Shown one piece after another: positions 35,949 to 48,577 of a stretch of DNA of 64,000 bases (within the stretch, counting starts at the first letter, position 1; each line of letters opens with the position of its first letter). This DNA is from Chiloscyllium plagiosum (taxonomy: Eukaryota), in assembly GCF_004010195.1 (NCBI RefSeq), contig NC_057719.1, positions 3,045,797 to 3,109,796 on the forward strand, read 5' to 3'. Below the pieces are notes generated by a model, which did not search any database, was not told where the DNA came from, and was given only the letters and a program-made list of their open reading frames with translations. A program made the translations under genes and the position numbers.

Positions 35949-36290
35949 GGGTGACACAGTGGCTCAGTGGTTAGTACTGCTGCCTCACAGGGACCCGGGT
36001 TCAATTCCACCCCTCGGGCAACTGTCTGTGTAGAGTTTGCACATTCTCCCCGTGTCTGAGTGGGTTTCCTCCGGGTGCTCTGGTTTCTTCCCACAATCCA
36101 AAGTTGTGCAGGTTAGGGTGAATTGGCCATGCTAAATTGCCCATAGTGTTCAGGGATGTGCAGGCTAGGTGGATTGGCTTAGGGAAACGCAGGGGGAGAG
36201 CCTGGGTTGGATGATCTTTGGACGGTCAGTGTGGGCTCGATGGGCTAAATGGCCTGATTCCACACTCTAGGGATTCTATTCTATTCTATG
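35949..36290 (+). mobile_element. HE1-type V-SINE
   Basis: TGGCTCAGTGG..GGTTCAATTCC..V-domain..(ATTCT)n tail. Confidence 0.92.
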
Positions 36291-37086
36291 ATTAATGTGG
36301 CTCTCTGGATTACTCATTCAATGCCAACACCACCAAGTCACCTCCTTGAATAAACTTTACAAAGACCTGAATAGAGAGGTCTGTGCAAGCAGTTAAACAT
36401 TGAAAGAGAGTGGAGAGGGCGAGTTGCAATAAACAAACAGTGTAAATCCACTGCCTCCACTCACTCCTCCAACACTGACTTCATACGCAGTGTTTGCAAT
36501 TGATCATGCAAATCAAGAGTTGATTTGATGTCACACATGAGATGATATCAACCTAGATCTGAGACTATAAACGGTCTATTTTGTGTCTTTAATCAAACAC
36601 TTATCCATTAAACCTCCTGGACAATTGGCCATCCCGTCAACTCCAAGCCAAGTCTTCACAAAAGAAAATAGGCTCTGTCTGTTCATTTTTGCCCAATGGT
36701 CAAAATCTCCTGGTTCCAATATCATCTTATTTGTTTCTTCCAGTGTTCCAGGATAATTTTCACATGCTGGTTATCCATAGCATGCAACACAATGGCTGCG
36801 CATGGAGCAGATCAGTTTGGGCAAAGTGGTCCTGAAACAGGAGCTAAAACCTCACTTTGTACAGCCACAGGCCTAGGGTAACGACTGGAGCGTTCACCAA
36901 TAATGGTGGGCAGAGCTAATCCAGAACCAAACCAGCTGTGCACACAAATCCTAACAGCTACTCAGATACCTGGTTTTATACCTGCATATAGAAAGTGTCC
37001 ATTTCGACACCAAAATCTCGCAACACTCTTCCTGATCAGTATCATGAATTTTACTGGTTCATTTATCTCTGCATGATTCTCTGTAC

Positions 37087-37820
37087 TGCAAGCGGGCATC
37101 AGAGCCGCCTCGCATTTGCCCCGGGACTATGCCTACATCGGTAAAACTATAGGAATTCATTTTGTGTTTTAAAAACGGCAGCCGCAGCTTAAACCGACAG
37201 AACTCAGCAGCTGCTGGTCCGCCCACGTGACCGGGAGATGGGAGCCAGAGGTCAGATCAAATCCACACTAGGCCAGATACTAACCATGACTCATAGACCA
37301 AAACTCCGGAGCTAATTAATATGGAAACCCATCTCCTAATCAAATCAAGAGACTGACTGAAACACACCCATATTCATCAATACAGAACCATCCTGACACA
37401 AAGGACAGGCATCCACCAGACAAGAACGAACAGACTAATACACACCAGCACCCCAAGGGAACAAAGGGTGGTGCTAGCCCCCAGCCCTCACGGAAAGAGA
37501 GACAAGCAGATAGTACCCGGACCCGTTTACATAATCCAATTAGCACCCTATTGGGTTTACACTGCAACTCTCCTGGGACGGCAGGAAACCCACCATTTGC
37601 ACCTACTCCCGCGATGATGGGGAACTAGCATCCCATTCATACTCAAAATCCTCACATCCTGACAAAGAAAGGTATATAATGTGTAGCAGCAGCAGGAACA
37701 GCAGAACAGCCGAGATTCGGACCTCGGTTGGTCTCCGCCGGTGTTACTGTATCAATAAATGTTACCGATTGTTGAACCGCACTCTGGGCTTGGACTGATA
37801 TCATTTAATCCGCGCTAACA
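37087..37820 (+). mobile_element. Solo LTR (734 bp) of an LTR retrotransposon or endogenous retrovirus
   Basis: TG...CA termini; 4-bp TSD GTAC at 37083-37086 and 37821-37824; CCAAT 37536-37540, TATATAA 37673-37679 and AATAAA 37754-37759 in U3-R-U5 order; CpG-rich relative to flanks. Confidence 0.85.
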
Positions 37821-38619
37821 GTACCCTTCCTCCATCACTGCCAATCTAACCCAACTTAAATTAACCTCAAATTATCTTCTCACTTATTGATCAGGTATCT
37901 TTAAGAAAAAAAATCCAAATTGTGTGAAGTGAGTTGGCAAATCCCACTATCTGGACATCTTCATCTCTCTTTGAACTGCTGCAATCTGGGCTGCGAGCGT
38001 GAGATTGGGTTGCTGAGTATGGTCAGCACAAACTGACTCCTGTATAAAGGATTTGTCAACTGGCAGAAGGCTTCCTAATCAGAGGGCGCAGAATTACAAT
38101 AGCAAACACAAGGACCAGAGATGAGATGAGATTTATTTTTCCACAGAAAGTGTGATCTGGAATGCCCTGAGTGAAAGTGTGTAGGAAACACATTCGATAG
38201 TAACTTTCAAACAGCAGATGAATAAATACTTAAAAATGGAACATTTGTAGAACTATCGGGAAAGGGTGTGGGAGTGGAACTAATTAAATTACTTGCAGCA
38301 AACTGGCAAAGACATGATGGGTGAGTGGTTTCCTTCTGTGCCGAACGATTCTATCGCCATAAATGCCAAAAAGCTGAAGAGTTTTATAATAGATGGCAGA
38401 TCTGTACTTCCTCACTCAGTCTGTCAGATTCCACTGGGCAATAAACAGTACTGATCCCATTCCTCCTGTGATGGTATCTCTACTAAATCCTGAGCTAAGC
38501 CACCCCTGAACAAAAACAAATTTGTTAACAGTCTTACTCTATTTAAATCCAAAGATAGGGACTTTCATCAAGTCCTAAAACCTCTGTATATCTCTGCAGC
38601 ATACAATGCTATCTGTTCT

Positions 38620-39555
38620 GAACATATAACATCGAACAGTACAGCACAGGAATGGGCCCTTCGGCCCACAATGCTGTGCCGAACATGACACCAAATTAAA
38701 CTAATCCCTTGTGCCTGCCTTTGGTCCATATTCCTCCATTCTTTCCATATTCATGAACTTATCTAAAAGTCTCTTAAACACTCCTCTTGTAGCTGCCTCC
38801 ATCACCACCCCATAGCAGCACGTTCTAGGTACCTACCACTCTCTGTGTAAAAAACTTGTCCCTTACATCTCCTTTGAACTTGTCCCCCTCTCACCTTAAA
38901 TGCATGCCATATAACATTAGGCATTTCAACTCTGGGAAAAAAATTCTGACTGCCCTATCTGTGCTTCTCACAATTTTATTAACTTCTATCAGGTTTTTCC
39001 TCAGCCTCCGCTGCTCCAAAGAAAACAATCCTATTTTTTCTTTTAGATTAGATTAGATTACTTACAGTGTGGAAACAGGCCCTTCGGCCCAACAAGTCCA
39101 CACCGACCCGCCGAAGCGCAACCCACCCATACCCCTACATTTACCCCTTACCTAACACTACGGGCAATTTAGCATGGCCAATTCACCTGACCTGCACATC
39201 TTTGGACTGTGGGAGGAAACCGGAGCACCCGGAGGAAACCCACGCAGACACGGGGAGAATGTGCAAACTCCACACAGTCAGTCGCCTGAGGCGGGAATTG
39301 AACCTGGGTCTCTGGCGCTGTGAGGCAGCAGTGCTAACCACTGTGCCACCGTGCCGCCCATTCTAGCCTCTCCTTTGAGTTCATACCCTCTAATCCAGGC
39401 AAAATCCTGGATTTTACACCCTCTCCAAAGCCTTTGCTTCCTCCCTGTAATGTGGCAACCAGAATTGAACACAATACAGTAAATGCAGCCTAACCAAACT
39501 TTCATAAAGCTGCAACGTGACATCCTGACTCTTGTACTCAGTTCCCTGACTGAGG
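38620..39555 (-). mobile_element. CR1 3' fragment interrupted by an HE1 SINE
   Basis: SQGTEYKSQDVTLQLYESLVRLHLLYCVQFWLPHY; tail GAACATATAACATCGAACAGTACAGCACAG on the + strand. Confidence 0.88.
39043..39359 (-). mobile_element. HE1-type V-SINE, young full-length copy
   Basis: GGGCGGCACGGTGGCACAGTGG..GGTTCAATTCC; CpGs retained; very similar to the copy at 59504-59811. Confidence 0.95.
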
Positions 39556-39874
39556 ACCAACATTAAACGTAACAGGGAAGGGACTGTCTGGTCAGTTGAC
39601 CTCATTTGGAATATAAATATCAAGAGGCTTGGCAGTAACACTGCTGTTAAACTGGTTGAGTCTGATACACCGGGTCTGTAGCAGGTTCTGAAGAAATGAA
39701 CCAGAGGGGAGAATATATTTGACCTCATCCATACAAACCTACCGGCTGTAGATACATCTGTCTGTGACAGTATTGGAAGTATTGACTACTGTACAGTCCT
39801 TGTGGAGGCAAAGTCCCAAATTCACATTGAGGATGACCTATATTGTGTTATGTGGTACTATCACTGCACTGTTT

Positions 39875-40280
39875 TTTTTTGCTCCCTCACACATGGGATG
39901 TCAATGTTCCTGGCTGGGCCAGCATTTATTAAGCGTCCCTTGTTGCCCCTTGAGAAAGTGGGGGTGAGCTACCTTCTTGAACTGCTACAGTTCACCTGTT
40001 GTGCGTTTGACCCACAATGCCCTGAGGGAGAGAATTCCAGGATTTTGACCCAGTGACACTGAAGGAACAACGATGTATTTCCAAGTCAGGATGGTGAGTG
40101 GCTCAGAGGGGAATTTGCAGGGGGTGGTGTTCCCATATATCTGCTGCCATTGTCCTTGGGTTTGGAAGGTGCTGTCTGAGGATCTTTGATGAATTTCTGC
40201 AGAGCATCTTCTGAATGGTGCACAGTGATGCTACTGAGCATTATTGGTGGAGAGAGTGGATGCTTGTGAATGTGGTGCCA
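39875..40280 (-). mobile_element. CR1/L2-like LINE 3' fragment (same family as 17895-18525)
   Basis: GGCTGGGCCAGCATTTATT..GAGAATTCCAGGATTTTGACCCAGTGACACTGAAGGAAC. Confidence 0.75.
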
Positions 40281-40689
40281 ATGGGATAGATTTTGAACCG
40301 ATGAAATAATACATGACTAGTCATCCATGAGGCACTGTGGGTCCACAGCAACATTGTACTCCAGCACTATCTACAAGCTCAGGGTCTGGCATGTCCCCAA
40401 CTCACTCAGTTGAGCGACTGGATCATGATGCATGAGCAGCACCAACAGCAAGGGTTCAATTCTCGCACTGGCTGAGTTTACCATGTAGGTCCCACCATCT
40501 CACACTCATCCTTTGCCTGACCCTAAGGTTAAACTCTAACAAGAGAGCTGGGGCAATGGTGACTCTACGTTTTTACTCTACTATGGAGCTAGCCTTCAGT
40601 TCAATGATGACATCCCCACCTCTGAGCCAACAGGTGCAGGGTAAAAATTCTTCTCTAGACAGCCCGGACAAGTACATACTGGAATTCTG

Positions 40690-41350
40690 TCATGAACGTA
40701 TAACTTTGGAACAGATGTTGGCCCCTCATGCCTGCTCTCTTTCAATAAGATCACAACAATTTGATTACTCCACATTTCTGCCTACCTCCAACAGCCTTTT
40801 AGCCCTCTACCTTGCTTACCAAGAATCTATCTCTGCCTTAATCATATTCAAGAATTCTGCTTCCACTGCCATTTGAGAAGGAGAGTTACAAAAGATTTAT
40901 GACCCTCTGTGCAAGAAAATGTCTCTTTCTCCTTAAATGATGCCCCTTATTTTGAAACAGTGACCTCTACGTCCAGATTGTCCCACAGGAGGAAACACCT
41001 CCTCCATATTTCATTCTATTGATGCTCCTCAGGATCTTGATTAATGTCTCAATCAAGGTGCATCTGACTAAACTCCAGTGGAAAGAGGCCTAGTCTGTTC
41101 AACCTTTTCTCATAAGACAACCTTCCCTATTCCAAAGTCAGGCATCACACTGAAGTCACCCGACAAAGGAGCAGCGTCCCAAAAGCTTGTGAATTCAAAC
41201 ACACCTGTCGGACTCTAACCTGATGTCGTGTGACATCTGACTTTGTCCAGCCCAGTCCAACACTGGCACCTCCACGACATGGTTCCCCATTCAAACATTT
41301 GGGAAACCTTCTTTGATCTGCTTCCAATGTATTTACATCTCTTTTGAATA
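40690..41350 (-). mobile_element. Old CR1 3' fragment with a family D insert (about 41145-41282)
   Basis: KRDVNTLEADQRRF; insert ACCCGACAAAGGAGCAGCGTCCCAAAAGCTT..CCCAGTCCAACACTGGCACCTCCAC. Confidence 0.7.
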
Positions 41351-42034
41351 AAGACTTCATTTACGATTTTATGTTCCCATCACCTGTGTAGCCACTTGCT
41401 TGGACCCAAAACCTCTGTACAGGTTTCATGGGTATATGTTTGTCGTATCCTGGTGGATTTATGGGTTTGATTTCAATTGGAATCTCTTCAACTGACATTT
41501 TCATTGGACCCACTTTTTAATTCTCTGTTAAATCTGGATCTTGTGAGTATTTTGCAAAGAGTTTGCCTTAGGGTTGATACACTCTCAGGACAGGAACCTG
41601 CAGAGTGAACTGGTGTTGAACTGGCCTCCCATTTCCTTCTCGAAAGAAGCCTGGCAAATCAGAATTGGGTTCTCATGCTGGATGGCTTTCACTGAACGGA
41701 CAAAAAACCCCTATGATCCTCTCTGCATACAACTGGCACATTGGGATCACTTGCTGGAACAAAGTGACAGTGAAATAAATGAACAAAGATATTCTCAGGT
41801 ACAGACTAATACTGTGAACAGTATTCCATAAGACCATAATTCCAGTGTGGTCTCACCAGTGTCCTGTGCACCTCTTCTGAATTACTGAGATATTTCTCCC
41901 TGATGTTTGTAATTTACAACTCGAGCATCCCCACCAGCTTCTTGTAAGGTTTGTGAAAGCCCATAAAGTATTTTGTCGAAAGAGGACGAACCATTAGCTG
42001 GTACAAAGGAAGTTATAACCAATGCAACTGTGTT

Positions 42035-42512
42035 CATAGAGTCATAAAGATGTGCAGCACAGAAACAGACTCTTTGGTACAACCCATCCATGCCAACCAG
42101 ATATCCTAACATAATCTAGTTCCATTTGCCAGCACTTGGTTCAGATCCCGCTAAACCCTTCCTATTCATGTACCCATCCAGATGCCTTTTAAATACTGTA
42201 ATTGTACCAGCCTCCACCACTTCCTCTGGCAGCTCATTCCGTACATGCACCACCCTCTGCGTGAAAAAGTTGCCCCTTAGGAAGTTCTTAAATCTTAGTT
42301 TTAGACTCCCTTATCCTGGGGAAAAGACCTTGGCTATTCACCCTATCCATGCCCCTCATGATTTTATAAACGTCTATAAGGTCATCCCTCAGCCTCCGAT
42401 GCTCCAGGGAAAATAGCCCCAGCCTATTCAGCCTCTCCCTGTAGCTCAAATCCTCCAACCCTGGCAACATCCTTGTAAATCTTTTCTGAACCCTTTCAAA
42501 TTTCACATCATC
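42035..42512 (-). mobile_element. CR1 (HER1-like) 3' fragment
   Basis: ORF 42288-42506 ERVQKRFTRMLPGLEDLSYRERLNRLGLFSLEHRRLRDDLI. Confidence 0.93.
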
Positions 42513-42786
42513 TCATGCTGTGAATTCTCAGTGATCCTCAGGAACTCAGTGCAGAAAGGACAAGCATCAGACACAGTTACTGTACTTTATTGTTGCCAGT
42601 GACCTCCTACTGCAGAGAGAATACATATTTAAGGTGGAACCTCATCATAATATAATAATATTTGAGAATAATGCTCTTTTGCAGACAAACTCAGCACCAA
42701 AGTTGCTCATTGCAGGATTCCACAATCTGTCACGTCTAGCCAAATAATCTGTTTCTTTGATCGTGTGTTTCAGGGAGACTGGCTGG

Positions 42787-43075
42787 ATTTTGGATGTAGG
42801 TGTGCTCACTGAGCTGGAAGGTTCATTTCCAGATGTTTCGTCACCGTAGTGGGTAACATCTTCAGTGGGCCTTTGGCGAAGCACTGCTGATAATTCCTGC
42901 TTTCTATTTATATGTTTGTGTTATAAATAGTAATTTTCAGCAGTGCTTTACCTGAGGCCCACTGAAGATGTTACCTAGTACAGTGATGAAACGTCTGGAA
43001 ATGAGCCTTCAAGCTCAGCGAGCAAACCTACATCCAAAACCTCAATCTGAGCTACAAATCTTCTCAAAACTCGCT
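42787..43075. mobile_element. Family A foldback mini-element with opposed hammerhead motifs
   Basis: Minus cca-CTGAAGA-T-GTTACC-CACTAC-GGTGAC-GAAAC-ATC-tgg (42832-42865); plus cca-CTGAAGA-T-GTTACC-TAGTAC-AGTGAT-GAAAC-GTC-tgg (42962-42995). Confidence 0.85.
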
Positions 43076-44073
43076 CGAATTCAGATAGTATCAGATGATC
43101 TTCTCTATCCACCTGAGATAGGGAGATTGTCTCAACCACATGGCACCTCGAATAGTGCAGCTGGCTCTCAATACTGTGCAGTGCTAGGATTATCAATCTA
43201 GTTTTGCTCTTCAGGTCCCTGCAGTAGCCTCAGCCGTCAGCTTTCCCTGTGTGTTTGTATTTCAGGTGGGGTCAATGCTTCTGCCCTCCTACAGTCACTA
43301 GCTGGAAAATTCCTTGTGCAAGAATAGAGCCCTTGGACGAATGACTTGAGGGCATCTGCAAGCTGTAAGACTGTGCTTCAGCACAGGGTAACCCCTACAT
43401 GGAAGAGGGAGGTAAGATGAAGAAACAAGTGACAGGAGGAAGAAATAGTGACACTCTAAACCATTGGAAATCATCACAGATTATTGAAACTAACCTGGGT
43501 GAGTCTGTAACTAAACTGTCAGAAACTCACTAAACCTAATTAGATTGAATCCTGAGTTACAGGGATAGGGTAGGGGTGGTGAGTCTGGTTGGGATGTGAT
43601 ATGGACTTGATAGTGCTGGAGTACACTGTGGGTGCTCTATGATTCTGTTCCATTGGAGAATATGTTTAAAATGTCGATAATAACATTGGACATTCCAGCG
43701 ATGAAATGAGGATTGGAGAGACTGGACCCACTCACTGGAGAGAATGGCTGTGGAGATCAGGTAGAAGTTTTTTTCAAAATTCTGAACGGTTTGGACAGAT
43801 TAGACAGGAAGAAGCTGTTCCCACTTGTTAAAAAGATTGATAACCAAAGGACTCAGTCTTAAAAGATCAAATATAAGGCAAGAGAAATTTTTTCACAACA
43901 TGGATAGGGTCTAGAATGTACTGCCTGGAAATGGTGGGGGGAGGTCCAGTGGAGACATGCAAAGGGCATTGAATGTTTATTTAAATTGGAGCAACATGCA
44001 GGGTAATGGGGCGAAAAGGGCAGGAAATGGGTCAAGACGCGAAAAGAGCCAATGCAGACATGATGGGCTGAGT

Positions 44074-44220
44074 AGGAGAAAGTGAGGATTGCAGATGCTG
44101 GAGATCAGAGCTGAAAATGTGTTGCTGGAAAAGTGCAGCAGGTCAGGCAGGGCTCATGCCCGAAACGTCGATTCTCCTGCTCCTTGGATGCTGCCTGACC
44201 TGCTGCGCTTTTCCAGCACC
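44074..44220. mobile_element. Family B foldback insertion in the tail of an old CR1 (about 43700-44270)
   Basis: 16-bp TSD ACATGATGGGCTGAGT at 44058-44073 and 44221-44236; the hammerhead lacks its CTGANGA box. Confidence 0.88.
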
Positions 44221-44412
44221 ACATGATGGGCTGAGTGACCTCTTTCTGCAATGTAACAATTCTATCATCCTGTGATAAAGGATTGCGTTGAATTTGTTTA
44301 ATGAATGCAGAGTGGAATAAGCCCTCAGACACAAGATGACATCATTCAAATGAGACACTGAAATAAGGCTCTGCCTGCACTCTGAAGTGAAAGTAAAGTA
44401 ACCCCATGAGGC

Positions 44413-45340
44413 TATTTGATTTGATTTGAATTGATTTATTGTAGTCACATGTACTTAAGTACAGTGAAAAGTTTTGTGTGCAGTACAGAAGCAAACAAGG
44501 ACACATAGATCATAATGTGGAGGTGCCGGTGTTGGACTGGGGTGGACATGGTCAGAAGTCACAAGACATCAGGTTACAGTCCAACAGGTTTATTTGAAAT
44601 CACAAGCTTATGGAGTGCTGCAAGTTCACTTGGTGAAGTACCAATGATCTCAAATCAACCTGTTGGACTATAACCTGGTGTCATGTGACTTCTGACTTTA
44701 TGCAGATCTTAGGGTGTTTCAACAGAGTGGGGCACACAAGGTTACATGCACAGGAGGTGCACAAAGCAAGATCAACATTCAATTGAAGTTACAGAGTCTC
44801 TCCATCAGTCTAATAACAGCAAGGAAGAAGCTGTTCTTGAACCTGTTGGAGCACATGTTTAACCTTCTGTATCTTCTGCCTGATGGAAGAGATTGGAAGC
44901 GAGCATTACCGGGGCGGGAGGGGTCTTTGATGCTGTTGGCAGCCTTTCCGCAGCAACAAAAAGTACAGATGATGTCAACAGATGGGAGGTTGGTTTCTGT
45001 GGTAGTCTGGGCTGTGCACACAACCTTCTGTAGTTTCTTACAGTCCTGGGCAGAGTGGTTGCCGTACCAGGCTGTTACACATTTCGATAGAATGCTTTCT
45101 ATGATGCATCCATAAAAGCTGGTGAGGGTTCTGTGGACATGCCAACTTTCCTTAGCCTCCTGAGGAACTAGAGATGTTATTGTACTTTGTTGACCATTCC
45201 ATCTATGTGGGAGGGCCAGGACAGATGGTTGGTTATCGTCAACCCTAGGAAGTTGATTTCTTGACCCTTTCCACCTCAGCTCCATTGATGTAGAATGGGG
45301 TATGTCTTCCTCCTTTCCTCCTGAAGTCAATGACCAGGAA
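44413..45340 (-). mobile_element. Rex1/Babar LINE 3' fragment with a family D foldback at about 44515-44700
   Basis: ORF 44779-45345 IIESILSKCVTAWYGN..IKDPSRPG..LPSGRRYRRL..RFKNSFF; (ATTTG)n tail on the + strand. Confidence 0.9.
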
Positions 45341-46599
45341 ATCAATGATTAAAGAAGAGGAGATGGGTTTCCCCTTTATTTCTGGTCAATATTTATCCCT
45401 TTTCCAACAACACAACAGAAAGCAGCCAATCCATCATTGCCATATTGTTGTCTGTGGGACCTTATTGTGTTGTACTTCCTACATCAAACAGTGACTGCAC
45501 TCCAGAGATACTCCACCACATTTTTGACATCTTTAAGCTTATTTTCTTTATTTCCTACCTTTTCGACTTTTAGGTTATGGATTTGATGATGTTCGTGATT
45601 GCAGTAACGATCAGACGTGCTAATAGGATGACTGATGCTCCTAGCATGAAGAAAAGCAATGCAATCATTGGGATATTTAATCAATAATGCTGCAAATTGG
45701 CCATTTGTTAGTGCCCCACACGTCTGCTGCCTCGTTATTCCAGCAACTCCCACAACCTCATTAATTCTGAAAAGAAATAAGGCTATGTGTCTGGATTAAA
45801 AGGGGAGCAGCTTGCTGATTTTCTGCCACACGTACAGATTGATCTCATTAATCTTACTGCCTTGATGAAGCAACAAGCCCGTGGAAAGTCAAGACAACAG
45901 CAGTCAGGTTGGAGAATGGTTACTGGCTTTCTGCCAGAGGCTGGTTAGTGGGGGAACTATTCAACAGTCTCAGCAGTTCAGGGAAGGGGGGAAAGATTTT
46001 AGTGCTTTGTATTTTTCACCAAGTACAAAGGGGCTTTTACTGACCTTTCTTCGCATTTTTGAATCTGATGCCTGTAAAGTGGTTAGATTTCCCACCTATC
46101 TCCCACATTACAGCAGGCGAAGATGTATCAGCCTTCTGTTTTAGGGGCTTTTAAGCGTCTTAAATGGCCAATTAATGATCCCCTCAGTTCCTGATTCAGT
46201 CTGTTTTGCGATTTTACATGTAGTAGGTGTTGGCATATAACCCGACAGTTTTCCGGTCGCAGGTAACGTGTGTTCCATTTTTGAGGTATTCCCTTCACCA
46301 ATCAGAGGTACCCTCACTCAGATCATACCCTCATTTTTATCTTCCCTCCTGGGCCTCTCAGACCCACTCTACCCACCATCTCTCACCAGGCTTATCCAAA
46401 ATCCTAGACTTGCTTCTAAATCTGCTTTCCCACAGTTTTCTTCCTAAAGGTCTGTCTGGGTTTCGAGCAGTGTTTGAATTCTTTTGCTTGTGGGCAGTAG
46501 TCGCATTCTGAATCAACAAAGGCCAGTCCACCTCCAATACTGCTAGGGTACAGCCGGGGTTTGGGCACTGGTGGAAGTGAAGAAGGTGCATAGATTCCA

Positions 46600-47260
46600 G
46601 TCTTAAAAACTCCAGGAAACTGCAAGACAAAGGCTAATGGTATGTTGGCCATTATTTCAAGGAGGTTAGAGTATAAGAGTGGGGACATCTCGCTGCGACT
46701 GTACAAGGTACTGGTGAGACCACACCTGGAGCACTGTAAGGTTTTACTTAAAGTGTAACCTACATTCGTTTTTGGTTGAGTTATAACATGAGCAAATCGA
46801 AGAATGAAAATAAGGTCCACTCGAGAATGAAGGTTGATAAATCTCTGGAGCAGCTGGGCTTTATACCAGAGTGTTGAAGTTATGCACAGGGAGATAATAG
46901 CTACATTAGTGGTTATCCTTCAAAATGTTATACATTCTAGAAAGATTCCTGTGGACTGGAAAGTAGCAACTGTAAGCCCACTGTTTAAAAAGGAAGGAAA
47001 AATAAGAATGGGGAATGAGGACCTGTTTGTTTGATGTCAGGAGTAGGGACAATGTTAGAATACATCGATGTGATAACTGGACACTGAAATGAATGAGAAA
47101 ATTGACAATGTCAACATGGATTTATCAAAGAAAAATTATACTTGACAAATGTGATGGAGTTTTTGAGGATGTTATTTGTAGCAATGATAAAATAGGACCA
47201 GTGAATGTGGTGGTTTGACAAGGTGTGAATGAATTTGGAATTGGGGCCATTATATTAGCG
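46600..47260 (+). mobile_element. Old CR1 fragments
   Basis: KANGMLAIISRRLEYKSGDISLRLYKVLVRPHLEHC at about 46630-46740; IPVDWKVATVSPLFKK. Confidence 0.8.
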
Positions 47261-48096
47261 TGGAATTATACAGGGGTTAGGTTCTCTTTAGTTGCAGATA
47301 TTCAGTGTCTGATCATTGTAAATCTTATTTGTCAGTTATCGCCTAAAGCCTTGATGTCCAAGCATTGTGCAATCATCAACAAACATCTTTCTTTCTGACC
47401 TTATGATGGAGGGAAGATCATCGATGAACACCCCTGGTTGGGCCTCAGATACTACCTGAAGGAACTCCTGCAGAGGTTTTCTGGAGCTGAGATGACTGAC
47501 TTCTAACAACCACAACCATCTTACTTTGTACCAGGTATGACTTTCACCAGCAGAGCCTAGAACAATACGGCGCAGAACAGGCCCTTCGGCCCTCGATGTC
47601 TATTGACATTAATTTCCCTAATGATCCTTAATGCCACTCAGTCAATTGCTGCCTTGATGTCAAAAGCAATCATTCTCACCTTGAGTTGATTTTTTTCATC
47701 TGTGTTTGAACAATAGCTTTAATAAAGGGAAGAGCCACGTGGCTCTGGCAGGACTTAGTCTGAGTAACGCAAAGGTGCTCCCTTTTTAAACAATGTTAGC
47801 AGTCCTCTGATATCACAGTTGTTGCCAAAGATTTTAGTAAAATAATGGTCAGTTCCAGCACTGTTTCTTCCTCTCTCTTAGCATTTCATCTTGGACCGGT
47901 GATTTATTTGCATTCAGAGATATTTCAATTCCCCTCTTTCATTCTGCTTATCCTCTCCAGAGCTTCATTTTACATTAATATGTGAACTGTTACTTTTGGA
48001 TTTTACTTGCTAATATATTTTCGTGCATTGTCTTGGCTTTATTAATTTCCTTTCTAATATAATCTCTGCATTTTCTAAAATCCTCAAGGCTTTATG

Positions 48097-48480
48097 GAAG
48101 AAAGACTTACATTTAAGTAACACTTTTCATGCCAGCAATTCCCAAAGAGGTTTAGAGTTAAAATGAAGAAAAATGCAGTACTTTGAAGCGTAGTCACTGG
48201 CTACTGCTTCTAACATAATAACAACGTGTGCACAGCAAGATCCCACACACAGCAAATGTGTTAATGACCAAATAATCTGTTTTTGTGCCATTAATTGAGA
48301 CATAGGTGTTAATCAGAAACCTAGGGACAATTCAACTCCCTTCTTTGCAAAGGTGCCATGGAATCTTTTACATGCACCTGATTGGGCAACTTGCACCATG
48401 ATTCAATGTTTGTTTTAAAAGATAGCACCTCTAACTCTTCATCATTTCCTCAACTGGACTGAAACATTAAGACTCATTTT
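48097..48480 (-). mobile_element. Old Deu-domain SINE
   Basis: AAGAAAGACTTACATTTA..TACTTTGAAGCGTAGTCACTG..GCACAGCAAGATCCCACACACAGCAA. Confidence 0.65.
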
Positions 48481-48577
48481 GATTTATCCCCAATATTTGA
48501 CTTTCTTATCTTCCCGAAGTAACTGAGGTAGAGGTCCTGATTAAAAGCCCTACCCATTTTCCTCGTGGAAGCACATT

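Noticed and set aside
36744..36878. Possible + strand exon after TTTGTTTCTTCCAG
   Set aside because: Weak donor and an unrecognised peptide; insufficient support
39280..39359. tRNA-like sequences with A and B boxes, here and at other SINE heads
   Set aside because: They continue into SINE bodies and LINE-derived tails, so they are not tRNA genes
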